Assembly (NCBI RefSeq): GCF_964204645.1
Contig: NC_134028.1
Span: forward strand, 7,750,001-7,814,000
Direction: 5' to 3'
Length of the DNA stretch: 64,000 nt
Source of the DNA: Tubulanus polymorphus
Taxonomy: Eukaryota; Animalia; Nemertea
A program made the position numbers and the translations under genes. Below the pieces are notes generated by a model. The model was not told where the DNA came from, made no database searches, and saw nothing but the letters and a program-made list of their open reading frames with translations. The stretch's first letter is position 1. Each line of letters starts with the position of its first letter. Shown piece by piece: positions 49,601-62,231 of the stretch.

Positions 49601-52600
49601 AGTTCCAGATACGTTTATAACTCCACCACATCCTTCAACATATTTAATCATCATTAAGAGACTGTTCTTAAGTACTACATATATAGATATGACTAATTTC
49701 GTCATTATTGCTTTGCATTCATCGCCATGAACCTGCGCTAGAACAAGTTCAAGATAATCATGTAGACTTATAGTTATAGACTTTTACCTGTTGATACTTG
49801 GCCACAGTTTGGCCCCCGAACGAAATCTGGACATACGCATTTACAGTTTTTATTAAGATAGCCTTCATTCAAACATCGATTTGTTCCACAACGACCTGGA
49901 AATTATATCCAATTATATTATCTCATTCATAAATGTAAAACTAGGCGCTAAGTAAAAGGTGTTGTAGAGCAAAGATTTTGAAACTTATTAAAACAGATTA
50001 AAAAACGGGCATATTTGTTTAGATTGATGGCTTTGATTTTGTTATCTAAGCTGTTTTTTAGGAAAGGTTTGTACATTCATTCATTCCCACTGTTGTCAAT
50101 TAAAAACATTGCCCAGTTGCCAAAGCGACAATGAAAATGTTTAAAAAAAATATCGGATTCTGTTTATTTGAGTCCTAACTTCGTCATACTCAAGAGAACG
50201 AACTTTTCTATGAGGGTACATCATAAGTCGGGAATGAAATGGTAGATGAAATACCTGCGCATTTATATACATCGTTTAATTGTTTATTGTCGTAGAATGT
50301 CAAAATATTTCCTCCCGAAATAATCGTAGCGAAGTCCATCTCGGGGTCTATTGTAAACATAGCTGGTCGTCCTCGTCTTCCCTTCAAAACAGATCCACCC
50401 ATTAACATTCCTCACTCAAATTAACTTAACTAATCGGCTGCTTCTCGTTTGTGACAAGATGTACTTACGGCACCTCTGTAAGCCATCACAGACCGATAGT
50501 CGAATGGAGCACTGTCGATTGTTTCCATAAAACCGAACTGACTGCTTTCAAAGTATTCATTTTCGGATACTATGACATACGCAGATCTGTCCGTTCTCTG
50601 CTGTTCGTGCCAGCATCCTGTCGCGTGAATGGTTTCGTGAATGATGGTTCCAATCTGGATAGATCAATATTTCCCTATACCAGTAACATAATATGTATTT
50701 ACAGGCATTTCTATTCTATATAAATCTCAATTTATTTTCGAAATAATGTAACGCAAAAATCCATATTTGTAATGATGCATGTATTTGGACTAATTTGAAT
50801 GATAAAGCAACTTACATACATGCAAACATTGGTCCCTTTCAATCCCAAATTGGTGCTAGCTCCTCTTTTGCCCTCTCCTATACTTGACTGGCAACTGCAA
50901 AAAGAGAAAGATTATATATAATGCGTATCTTAGCTCGTTCTACGATTATCACATATACTTAAGAATTTGAAGAAGTTCTGCGTGCAAATGATACCACGTC
51001 AAAATGTGGCTAAGTCCTAATCATGATATATTACTACTCATTAAAATAGAAAGGTTAAAATTACCCGCTGAAAGCACGTGAATACCGAATCTTCTTTCCT
51101 TCCTTTTCACAATAGCTTCGCTCGCTATATCTCAAACAAGTCGCCGCCATTATTTTGCTTAAAGCTACGCGTACCTTTTGCTTATCTGAGTTCGTGAACT
51201 GCCCTTTAGAGAGAAAAGTGAAATCTCCATCCAGAACGTGGACACAGTGTGAAATTGAGGGAAAGTATACCATAGAATCTAATATATGCATGTACTTATA
51301 AAGCCTAACGATATTTACCTCGCATTAATCTCACTTCTTTACATTCCACAATCAATGTTTCTATCGTGCGTACGGGCAATATTCAGATAATTGCTCGTAG
51401 ATTGCGCGTATCCCAAATGCCAATAAAGAAGTTTCCAGTTTCTAGGCGCCATTTTGTGGCGGTCCCGCAAGGGCCCCATTGTTGCGATAATTTGCGCTCA
51501 TTTTTAAAACATAAGTTTAGATTGAATATCATATAGTTCTGTAGTCCCTTGCTCGACGAAATCAATTTACACACCATTTTAAAGGAAATGAAATGCAGAT
51601 ATTTGCTGGCGATTCTTGGAATTTTTGAACGCAACAATTGAGAACAGTGACGATGTGAAACCAAGGACCGCATATATTGACCGTGCGTAAAAGAAATCGC
51701 AATATTTATTAATTTTAAAATATCTAAGTATCTCTTCAAGCTATATTTCCTATTTTCACAGAGGTTAAAGAGGGTTATTTGCAGTTTAAGCCTGCGTTAA
51801 AATCTTTTGAATATCTTACCTGACGACTGATCTGTACCCGCTTGAGTTTGAGATTACGCGCAAAAGGGGTCTCCCACTGCGCATTGCAATTTCACTGAAC
51901 ATTGAGATTTGCGACAAGAAATTTTTAAATGCAATTTGATTTCTTCACATTTTCCATGGGGATATTTTGAGATGATAATCCATATCTTCTTTGTACCGTA
52001 TTTTGGCGGGGGCAATTCGTTAATCTGGTTTCGGGATCCGGTTTGTCCCGCTATTGAAGTGTGAACGGCCCAGTTGAAGAATTGTCGTATACAGCCCGTC
52101 CAGCCTAGCGCCGATTTAGTGTTCGGTGAAATCAAACGTTTTAGAGTCGATGGTGAATGTGCCAGTCAATTTAAACGCTTAGGACATATTTAACACATAT
52201 CTCTCTCTGGTAATCCCTCATTCTTCGATCATACGATGAATTTAATGAATCTCAACCTTCTTGCTGGGAAACATCGACCAGAAAACCTTACTGATATAAA
52301 ATTGCAATATAATATTTAAAGGGGTTCATATCTGTCCCCCATTTGATATTCTGTTTTAGGGGGTCAACGTCCAGTTTGGCAACTTTCAGCTGCGCCCCAT
52401 ATTCAAAAATATATAAAAACTTAGATTTTTTTCCTAGTGTCCAACCATGAGTGGTACAATCGGTTGAAACGCAAATTAGGTTCTCAACTAGGCCACATTT
52501 GCAACCAACACAGAAAGTCCCCACTCTTACAAGAAATCCTTTAATTTCCCAACGCTACAAAACTCGAATTCATCAAAACACTCAAAGTCCATTTTCAACC

Positions 52601-54039
52601 ATACGAAAATAAAGGTAATATATAACCATCAGAAGCAATAGTGATAATTACAAACCAGTTTAAAATCTTATTTTTGTGATTTCTTTTCAAAAATCTCAAT
52701 GTTCAGTGAAATGGCGGTGCGCAGTGGGAGACCCCTTTTGCGCGTAATCTGAAACTCAAGCGGGTACAGATCAGTCGTCAGGAAAGATATTTAAAAAAAT
52801 TCAACGCAGGCTTAAACTGCAAATAACCCTCTTTAACCTCTGTGAAAATAGGAAATATAGCTTTAAGAGATACTTAGATATTTCAAAATTAATAAATATT
52901 GCGATTTCTTTTACGCACGGTTAAGATATGCGGTCCTTGGTTTCACATCGTCACTGTTCTCAATTGTTGCGTTCAAAAAGAATCGCCAGCAAATATCTGC
53001 ATTTCATTTCCTTTAAAATGGTGTATAAATTGATTTCGTCGAGCAAGGGACTGCAGAACTATATGATATTCAATCTAAACTTATGTTTTAAAATTGAGCG
53101 CAAATTATCGGGACCTCGAGGGACCGCCACAAAATGGCGCCTAGAAACTGGAAACTTCTTTATTATTACACATCTAACGTTACTTACCAGGAGTAAAACA
53201 ATACGGAATGAAACCATTCTTCCATAAAGTGCGCTCCTGCACCCATACTTTTCGTTTCACTATTGTATCGTTGCTAGGTGTTAGTAGTTTTGATCCGTCT
53301 GCAGTTGTCTCGTCTGTTTCACCTCGATTTTCTTCACTAATTAAATGTTCATCTTCAGGATTATCCACCTATTACAGTATGTATCAAATAAATACAGCAC
53401 GTTATAATCTGTCCTTGAAATAAACCTACGTAGATCATGATGTAAAATAAGAAATCAACTACAAACCTGTATGAATATTTCAGTACCATTATCCCAATAT
53501 CTCATCGAATTAGCGATTTCCGTTTTATAGCCCTTGGCATTAAACACAATCTCATTTGTGTCGATGTCTATCTTCAATGTTTGAATAAAACCATTAACCA
53601 GCGTCAATCTTTGTCATAGCTAATGTTTATGTCTTACGAGTTGTTGTAATAACCAAATAATGATCAATAACCCCGACCGGCGCTGGTCCAGGATTTTTTT
53701 CCAGAAGGGGTTCATAAAAATGTTAAACTGCCGACTAAAGTCGCTAGTGATAGGGGGCCTATACGGCATATTGCTTGGCCAAACATTAGATGATATGGTA
53801 CTGATTATGTGGTACTGTCCGCCCGCTTTGTCTTGAGTACATTCCTTCAAGGATAAAAATTTTTTTGGTAGCTGAGCAGGGGAGTCACGACCCCTGAAAC
53901 CCCTACTCTGGATCCGAGCCTGAAACGTACCTACCTGTTTAAGTAGCTGATTTTGTTCCTGCTCCGTTAGTTCACTGGATATAACTGGCGACATTATCAT
54001 TGAACAGAACAGCAGCGCTGTTGTCAGCCTAAACAACAT
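46679..54039 (-). CDS. Astacin-family (M12A) zinc metalloprotease, paralogue 1; 19 coding exons: signal-prodomain-astacin-EGF-CUB-EGF-TSP1-MAM-3xShKT-F5/8 type C
   Basis: Signal peptide exon 54039-53935; VKRK processing site then WKNGFIPYCF (53368-53188); HETIHATGCWHEQQRTDR and SVMAY (50654-50469); EGF ~49790-49895; CUB ~49126-49633; EGF CNPNPCKNGGKC ~48924-49033; TSP1 WSPWGGWSNC ~48670-48834; MAM ~47806-48590; three ShKT ~47364-47722; discoidin ~46679-47275; stop TAG at 46681-46679. No disruption seen in the exons read. Confidence 0.88.
51422..53164. mobile_element. Non-autonomous foldback DNA transposon (~1.74 kb) with ~480-bp terminal inverted repeats, in intron 3 of astacin paralogue 1
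   Basis: 51422-51910 is the reverse complement of 52692-53164 (mirror pseudo-ORFs MRSLVSHRHCSQLLRSK on both strands). No transposase inside. Confidence 0.85.
53677..53922. mobile_element. Degenerate hAT-like MITE in intron 1 of paralogue 1
   Basis: Ends ccggcgctggtccagg / ctggatccgagcctg. Confidence 0.45.
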
Positions 54040-54689
54040 TATTGGTGGATTTACTGAACTACGGCAAGCTTACTTTCCGGACGTTAGTTATCGGTGTATT
54101 CTTCATAAATTCATAAATTGTAATTTATGTAATTAATCTACCTTCTGCATACGAGTATCATATTGAAGTCAACTGATGAAAAACTTTCCAAAAAACACTG
54201 ACATGATTATCGGACACAAATACAGTATAATGGTATTGTAGCAAACAACTCACGCGGGTCAAATATATACATAAATGTTTTTCGCAAAATTACCGCTTAA
54301 TCTGTGATACTCGAGAATGGTATGCGTAATTCAGTTGGCAATTCATATACGGAATGAAAATAATTGAAATAATTATGATAATGATGGTAGATGTAGTGAT
54401 ATAAATGGGGATTTTTCAATTATGCATTGTATCTGTATATAACGGCTTTTATCCGACTGATAGAATATTAGTCCATTAGATCAGAAACTTGTAGCTTCGT
54501 TTGACAGTAGCCAGACTGGCCGGGGGAACGATTTTCACGAAAGTGGAACGACCGACATTGCGTGTACCGAAGGTACGAAGCTGTCCTTGGGGCGGGTTAT
54601 TTGAATAGTCACTATACATTAATTGTTACTACATTCTGGTGTTATAACGTTGTGTATACGGCCTTACTCTTCAACCGGTTCATCAATCC

Positions 54690-54858
54690 AGCGAGATGTC
54701 ACGCTCAGTAGCTGGAACCGACCTGCGTGCTGTTGCGACTGGCAGCAACTAGTCGCACACAGTCGCTGACAACCGCATCGCAACCGACTTGCGCGGCCAC
54801 TTGTGACGCAACGTGACGATCGCGTTGCGTCGCAAGGTCGACCTACGCCCGGCTTAAC
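54690..54858. repeat. GC-rich hairpin-forming repeat remnant between the two astacin genes
   Basis: cttgtgacgcaacgtga-cga-tcgcgttgcgtcgcaag stem-loop at ~54800-54836, multiple gcgac/gtcgc motifs, ends cccggcttaa. Confidence 0.4.
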
Positions 54859-55020
54859 ATGTAGCTAGCATTTAGACCAAGGAGGCGAGAAAAAGGCAGC
54901 TGGAGTGTTGAAAACACAACATGTTGAGATGATATAGTCTAAGAAGCATATATATCAAGATATCTATGAAAAGTGTGAATTTATTTTCCTAATCAAGTAA
55001 ATTATAATGGCAACATATTT

Positions 55021-58000
55021 TCAGATTTCATATTCCATATCTTGAGCGTCGCATCCCTGCATCTCCCAGCGCGCACATGCCTTTTTATGTGGAGTCCATA
55101 GTTTAGGATACATCCGAACATAAACGGCCTTGAACTGCTGACTGAAGTAATTTGAATCTTTGTCAAAAACCTGAAAATTATCATTTGATTGAATATTGAG
55201 AAATCACGGAGATAAAGTTAGTCTTAGATATATGTATAATTCCTGAAAAAAATTACTAGTCATTCTGAATAAATCTGGTTTTACAAACCCATTGATTTTT
55301 TCATATGAAAAATAAGATTTTTTAGATTCAAATAAGATAAAATTAAATAAGATAAAATGAAATTTCTTACAGTATTTTTGCTTCCTCTGTGGAATACATC
55401 ATACCAGTGTACCCCATCAATGCTGTACTTGAAGGTCGCTTCTTTTACATGATAGAAACCACTCCACGCACCCCACAGAGCTACTGTGTTAACCACTTTG
55501 GCGCCTCCTTTGAATTTCACTTGAACCCAAGAGCCTTCGGCCTTGTTTTCCGCTGAGCACCACTGATTACAAGATTCGGTGGTTTTTGCCACATTTTCCG
55601 GAAGACATTTTTCGCTGTAACTGGACGCTGTGTATGAGTGACCTTGACCTCCTTCAAGCAGGTCATTCGACGAACAAACTAAAGTAAACAAAATGAAAAA
55701 CTTCAAAGATGAATAATTTTGCGTTCATTCCCCACGTCTGTCATTTCCATCAGCCTATAGATATAGATAAGTGTAAGGACTAGCTTTGGATTTACCCTTC
55801 GGGATCAAATATCCAGATGTACATCTACCACAAGCTCTTGGACAATAAACCCACATCCATTTAGAATTTTTGCTGCATTCTCCCGCCTTCGCCCATTTTT
55901 CACATTCAGTTCTTTGGTCGACACAGCCGTGGAGACATTGTTGACAAGATACTGGACATTGTGACAACATGTAAACTGGGTTTTTAGCACATTCCCTTTG
56001 CTGCGCCCAAATTTCACACTTTTTATTGACGTCTTTACAGGGAATACACGTCCCACAAGATAAAGCACAGTTAACCAACATGTACTTTGGGTTTTTATTG
56101 CATTCCTTCGTTTTAGCCCATGCACTGCATTTCGTGTTTTTATCCTCACAATCTCCTAGAAATGAAAACGCATGTCCCATTATCTTGAATAGTCCTCTTG
56201 TTGACATGACAGCTCACAGAGAAAGACCAAACTTACCTTGGCTAGCGTATTTCATTTCCTTGTATTGCTTGCAGCTGCCCGGTAAAAGCGCAATATCGTC
56301 AATTCCCGCTCCCGGGTCCGTACCTTTCCCCGGAGACCACCAGAAATATATCACTACCTAAAACGCAAATAAAGTTGAAATAACATGTCCGACATTTAAA
56401 TGATTTGAGAGTCAAGATGATCAATTACCTTATAAGGAGGTGTGACGCCTTTGAAATCTGTTATGGTCTCTTCAAACAGATTCCAGGGTTGACGATTGCT
56501 GAGCATTCGCAGCATTGACCAACCGGCCACCTTCTGGTTATTATGCGCACGTAGTATTTTAAACCCGACAACAACCCCCGGACTCCCTCCTTGAAAAAAT
56601 AGAATATTTCGAAATATGATACAGAAGAATCATATATGTATGTGTGCGTCTTGATGTGGGTTGAATTTAGTTGTAAATGATAAGAAAACAACATCGGTTC
56701 TAACAAACAAACCTCGATACATCGACTGGTAATAGAAGCGTAAACAACGGGCCCCGGCTGTAGATATTGTAGGTGACATTATCCAAGCTTCGTAACCCTT
56801 CTTGTACCATTTATGGTTTGCACCGCTCCAAAAATAATGGCCTTTCTCACTTCCTAACGTGACATCTGCTCTGGGTACGTGGCCCGACGATTTATAGTTT
56901 AACACTTTCAATGCCGAAGTGAAGTCGACAACCATTCCGTTGAATTTATCCAACTGTACATTTTGCACTTGTCGCAACGGGCAATACGTCGATCCAAGTT
57001 TGTACTTTTCAAAATCGCATGTAAAAAAACCTTTAATGATAAAGAGAATACACAGATCCTACAGTGTTGTTACAAGCGATTTAATGATTCAAGATTTTCG
57101 GAAGATTCGTTTTTACCGTCACAGGGCCATTGTCCGCACGGTTTTGAATCGACGGAGTTACCGTAACAGGGTAGACCTCGACCTGACCGCGCAGGGCTGT
57201 TGCATAATCTTCTCCGAGTCTGCAAACCACATCGCCCCGGGCAATTCGACCATCCACCCCACGGAGACCAGGCACCATTCGCTGAGAAACAGAGAAAAAA
57301 AAGTATTCCGCAGAACACACCATGGTTATTACTTAGACCTTCTAATGTTTCAGTTCTAATGTTGGGTTTTGAGTTTGATATATTATATATTGGTGCCTCT
57401 TAACCTAAGAACTTCCTGATAAGGTCTTAGGTTTAGGGAACTAAGGTTTAGTAATACTGAAAGCAGACTTCGGCAATCCTTACAATGTTCACACCAGCGT
57501 CCAGCGACGTTTTCAAACGGACATTTACACATTATCAATCCGTACAAAGTTCTCACACATTTTCCACCATTTTTACAAGGATTCGGATTACAACCTGCGA
57601 AACGAAAGCAGTAATCGATATCAGTTATTTTCTATTCGCTGAAGTGTATGACAAATTCCCTTTTTAAATGATATACACTTACTGTGATCTTTTTTCAAAT
57701 CTATCTGTAGTTTGAAACCTCTTCGCTGACCTCCGCTATTAGTTCTTAATACAAGCATGGCGTTATTGAACATCGTTTCAAACGTTTTCTTGACACCACG
57801 ACCACAATATCTGAAAAGTATTTACCATTGATGAAAATATTTGATTGAATGCGTTCGTGAGTGGCTTCGATATACGTACGTACCTGGGCCCAACGTTACC
57901 TAATCCATGGTACCGTACTTCCAGACTATCTTTACAACCTGTAGGGGACCCCTCCACGTCAAAATCTAAGAACTTTATTGTCATTATTGACCCTTTCGGT

Positions 58001-61000
58001 GCCTGCAATCAACATAGAATTGGAATGTCATCAAACTTTATCAAAACTGAATAAAAAAACAAGTGCTTTCGTTTTCTATGTTAATTAAGTAAGCGGGCAC
58101 CTTGACTAGCCATGCACAGGTCAGGCCGTTTCTATAGTTTCTAGGATAGCCTGGTGACGTCAGAACCTTATTCCCAGATACATGGATAATTCCACCACAT
58201 CCTTAGAAAATGTAAATAAGATAATTATTTCTTCATATACATTTGAGGCGTTATTTTCGTTGCGTATTATAATAGTTGCCATTTACCTGTTGTTACTTGG
58301 CCACAATCTGCTCCACGAACGAAATCTGGACAAACACATTTACAATTTTTATCGAGATAACCCTCATTTAAACATCGGTTTGCCCCACAACGTGCTGGAA
58401 AATTACATTTTATCAGTATCTTCAATAGCGTTGTGAATAGAACCTATAGCTAGGGATGCCTAGTGAATGAATGTATTGTTCAGCCAACAGTACTATGATT
58501 AGATGGGTAGCGGTGTGCGCTTTGACGCACACTAGATGTTTGCTGGTGCGCACACTAACAACAGATGGATCAGGTTTCAACTAGTATTAAAATAAATATA
58601 ACTCATAAACATTACTAGAAAAGAACAACTATACAAGCTAGGGGGTAAGGTAGCGTAAGTGGCGAGGGTCTGAGCACACCAAAAACGGCCAGGTTAGAGA
58701 AGGATAGGGGGAAAGTTTGGGAATTTGAGGAATTTTGGGAAATAGAATATAAGTCGAGCTACGAGCGTAGCTCTGAGGTTTTTACAGAGAAAGAGAATGA
58801 CTAGGAGGCTCGAGGTTAGAAAGTGAAGAGAGAAATAAAGCTTTAAGACAAGCACAAAGTGAGATCATAGGGGATAGAAGCGTTGGTGACAAATATATAA
58901 TTTGTGGAAGATTTGGGAAATCCGGATCAAGCAAACAGACGAAAGAACCAGATAGATAAGTCAATAAGTCATAATATACACCTGCACATTTGTATATATC
59001 GTTTAGTTGTTTCTTGTCGTAAAATGTTATAGCATTCCCTCCCGTCGTAGCGAAGTCCATCTCGGGGTCAATCGTAAACATGGCCGGTCGTCCACGCGAT
59101 CCCTGAATGATATCATATATATCAGTCAATGCTACTCTGACGTCTTCATAACGATAGATTCTTATTTCTTTAGTCGACCCTTACAGATCCTCCGTAAGCC
59201 ATTACAGACCGATAGTCAAACGGTACGTTGTCTATGGTATCACCGTAGGCATACTGAGATGGATCTACGGTATATTCAATTTCAGCTACAATGACGTAAG
59301 CAGATCTGTCCGTCCTCTCTTGTTCGTGCCAGCATCCTGTAGCATGAAGGGTCTCGTGAATGATGGTTCCGGTCTGTATAGATAATTCATACGTAAGAAG
59401 TCTGTTGACATTTTGAGATTTATCATTAATCGTTTCATGCGGCTTTACACTAACATTCATGCAAGCGTTGGTTCCTTTTAATCCCAAATTTGTCCCAGTT
59501 CCTCTTGTTCCCTGCCCTACACCGGATGAGCAACTGAAATGGCAACAGAATGAAAATGTTCTTGATATGAATATGTTTAATTGTGTACATTCCTTCTGTT
59601 CAAATAGAGGTCTTATGCGCCGTACAATTGAACGAATTGTTTAGATCTATTTTTGCGTATGAATATCTTTCAACGAAATAGAGCAACTTCTTTGGAAAAC
59701 TTGTAGTTACCCACTCGCAGCACGGCTATACCGAATCATCTTTCCCTTCTTTTCGCAATAACTTCGTTCGCTATATCTCAAACAAGTCGTCGCCATTATT
59801 TTGGCTATACCTGCACGCACTTTTTGTTTTTCGGAGTACGTGAAATATCCTTCGAAATTAAGAATACTTCAATCAGTGAGACGGATCAATTAAGACAGCC
59901 AATTCTGTTAGTGTACGTTGGGCCGTTCTTATAATGCCTATCACCATGAATGCATGGGCAAAAGAAAACTTTCATATTTCAAACCAAACATTTTCTAGTT
60001 GTAACAAGATAAGTGTTGACACCTTGGACAATGCATTTAGCACGTTTTCGATATTTCTGTAGAATTAGAACCTACCAGGAGTAAAACAATACGGAATGAA
60101 ACCGTTCGTCCATAAAGTGCCCTTTTGCGCCCATATTTTTCGTTTCACTATTGTATCGTTGCTAGGTATTTGTAGTTCTGATCCGTCTGCAGTTCTCTCG
60201 TCTGTTTTACCCAGATTTTCGTCACTTATCAAATGTTCTTCTCCAGGATTATCCACCTATCACAATATATATATAAATCGAATCAATACCCGTCGTTTAA
60301 AGTGTTAAAAATATAGCCAGCGAACAGGAAACCTAACTGCGAACCTGTATGAATATTTCAGTACCATTATCCCAATATCGCATAGAATTAGCGATTTCAG
60401 TTTTAAAGCCCTCCACGTCAAATACATCCTCGTTTGAGTCGATTTTTATCTACGAAACAAACAAAAAATATAATTAACCTTTACGAGAGAAATCCCACAA
60501 TAAATTCAGCCAAAGATAAAAGTTCTTGCATGAAGTGTATCAATTTTGAGCAACGCAGGGCGGATCCAGGGGCTATTTTAATCTCCAAATTTAAAAGGTT
60601 CTATTTATTAATGAAGGGCAAGGATATTTAAACGTGGGGTTTGGGGTCCACCCCTAGCTTAAAAAACTAAAAATCAAAGTGGAATTTTAAGATTGAAATC
60701 TGTGAAAAGTTTTTTTGCCCTTTAAAAAAGGGCCATTTTCTTTGTTCTTTTTACTTAACGTGCCTTTTCAGTTGGATAACGTGCCTTTTCAGATGGTGGA
60801 CCTTGGGCACCTAGGGTTGTTCTGTAAAAAGTGCCCTTTTTCTTGCGATCTTCCGGAATTTGTTAAAAAGAATTTGTCCCCGTATAGGCCCATACAAGTG
60901 CCCTTTTATTTGTTCTTTTTAATTGGATATATTTATGTGCCTTCTTATCTGTCTTCACAAATCGTCTCAAAATTTCTTTCGCAAAAATCTACTACAATAC

Positions 61001-61486
61001 TTTAATTTTAAAAGGGCATTTTGGAAATTCATATTCCTTCCGGAAGGCATAGAAGGCGAGCTGGATCCGCCCCTGCAACGTTTCGGCTAGAAACTATAAG
61101 CAAAGAAACATATATTTTTGCTATTAGCTATCACCAGGCGTTCCATAATTTATTGTGGTATTTCCGTTCGTTTATTAATAATCTTCTGGACAGCTGTATC
61201 CAAACACCTCGAGCAAAGGCCCACGCAAATTAATTACAACCCTTTGTAGAAAGTTTTTCCCGTTACGGCACGTCAGTTTTATGATACACATATATAATTG
61301 ATTCCCTACCTGTTCGAGAAGTTCAGTTTGCTCTTCTGTAGTAAGTTCACTGCTACAGTGTACTGATACGATTCCCAATAAAAAGAACACAAAAACCGAC
61401 CTGGAAAGATGTAGCGTTGATCTATTACGTTGCGATAGGTTTTCGCAATAATTGGCTATAAAGCCTGGGCCAAGGCTAATGGGCAT
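55021..61486 (-). CDS. Astacin-family zinc metalloprotease, paralogue 2; same 19-exon architecture as paralogue 1
   Basis: Exon 1 61486-61310; VKRKIWAQKGTLWTNGFIPYCF (60256-60076); HETLHATGCWHEQERTDR and SVMAY (~59373-59187); EGF, CUB, EGF, TSP1 (~57117-57282), MAM, 3xShKT (~55795-56155), F5/8C; stop TGA at 55023-55021. Introns at homologous positions. Confidence 0.88.
60556..61075. mobile_element. hAT-like MITE with 5-bp target-site duplication (caacg) in intron 1 of paralogue 2
   Basis: caacg|cagggcggatccag ... ctggatccgcccctg|caacg; internal gtgccctttt subrepeats. Confidence 0.8.
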
Positions 61487-62140
61487 TTTAGTTCACCAAG
61501 GTACGATGGAAACACTAGGATGACTGTGGAGACATTCCACTGCCAGGACTGGGTGAATGAACATTTTAGTTTATACGTCCAATGATGCGATTTATGGCGA
61601 AAAATGTGTTGTCAAACGGAATTATTGATGCACTTTTTAGGAATGAAATAAACATGATTATCCCGTGTTAGTTATATGATGTAATAAAATAGGCAGTTTT
61701 GGAATATCATACCTTCCAGATACGGCCATAGTACTCGGAACAACGGGTAATATCCAAAGCGAATAATGTAGGCCTACCGCTTCTGACTACACTGAATTAA
61801 ATGTTTCGAGTTAATTGTTCAGCCGGGTCAAATGTGCTTGCTAAATTGTTTATAGACCCATCATTAACTGTAGGCTACAGTGTCGACTAGGGCTAGAAAA
61901 GTAGGGGTTGTATGCGTGTAGTATTTCTCTTCTATCATACTTTTCTATGCTTCTAATCGAATGCCGGCCGGAATGAGAGTGACCGAAGGATGAAATCCTA
62001 AGTGACCCAAGACACAAAACTAAGACTAAGACGAAGGGTATTGAGCGTTTAAGATCTCACTTAAGCCAATGGACCAATTACCCAACGGGTCTATTTTGCG
62101 ATTCGACCCAGCTATCCGTTTAATTATCTTTAAAGAATTT

Positions 62141-62231
62141 GGGATTCGAACCCACCGATATCAACGCACCAAAACGATTGAATTGAATTGACAAATCAAT
62201 GATGTAGCGCGCGTCTCAACGTTCTCAGTTA
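62141..62231 (-). repeat. Possible tRNA-derived SINE head remnant
   Basis: B-box GGTTCGAATCCC on the - strand at 62141-62152 with a weak A-box-like sequence ~70 nt upstream; no tRNA cloverleaf. Confidence 0.3.

Noticed and set aside
51383-53227. Paired ORFs 51383-51739 (-) and 52928-53227 (+) with near-identical translations
   Set aside because: They are the two arms of the foldback element and show no protein-family features.
62141-62231. tRNA gene
   Set aside because: Only a B-box is recognisable; no acceptor stem or cloverleaf can be built.
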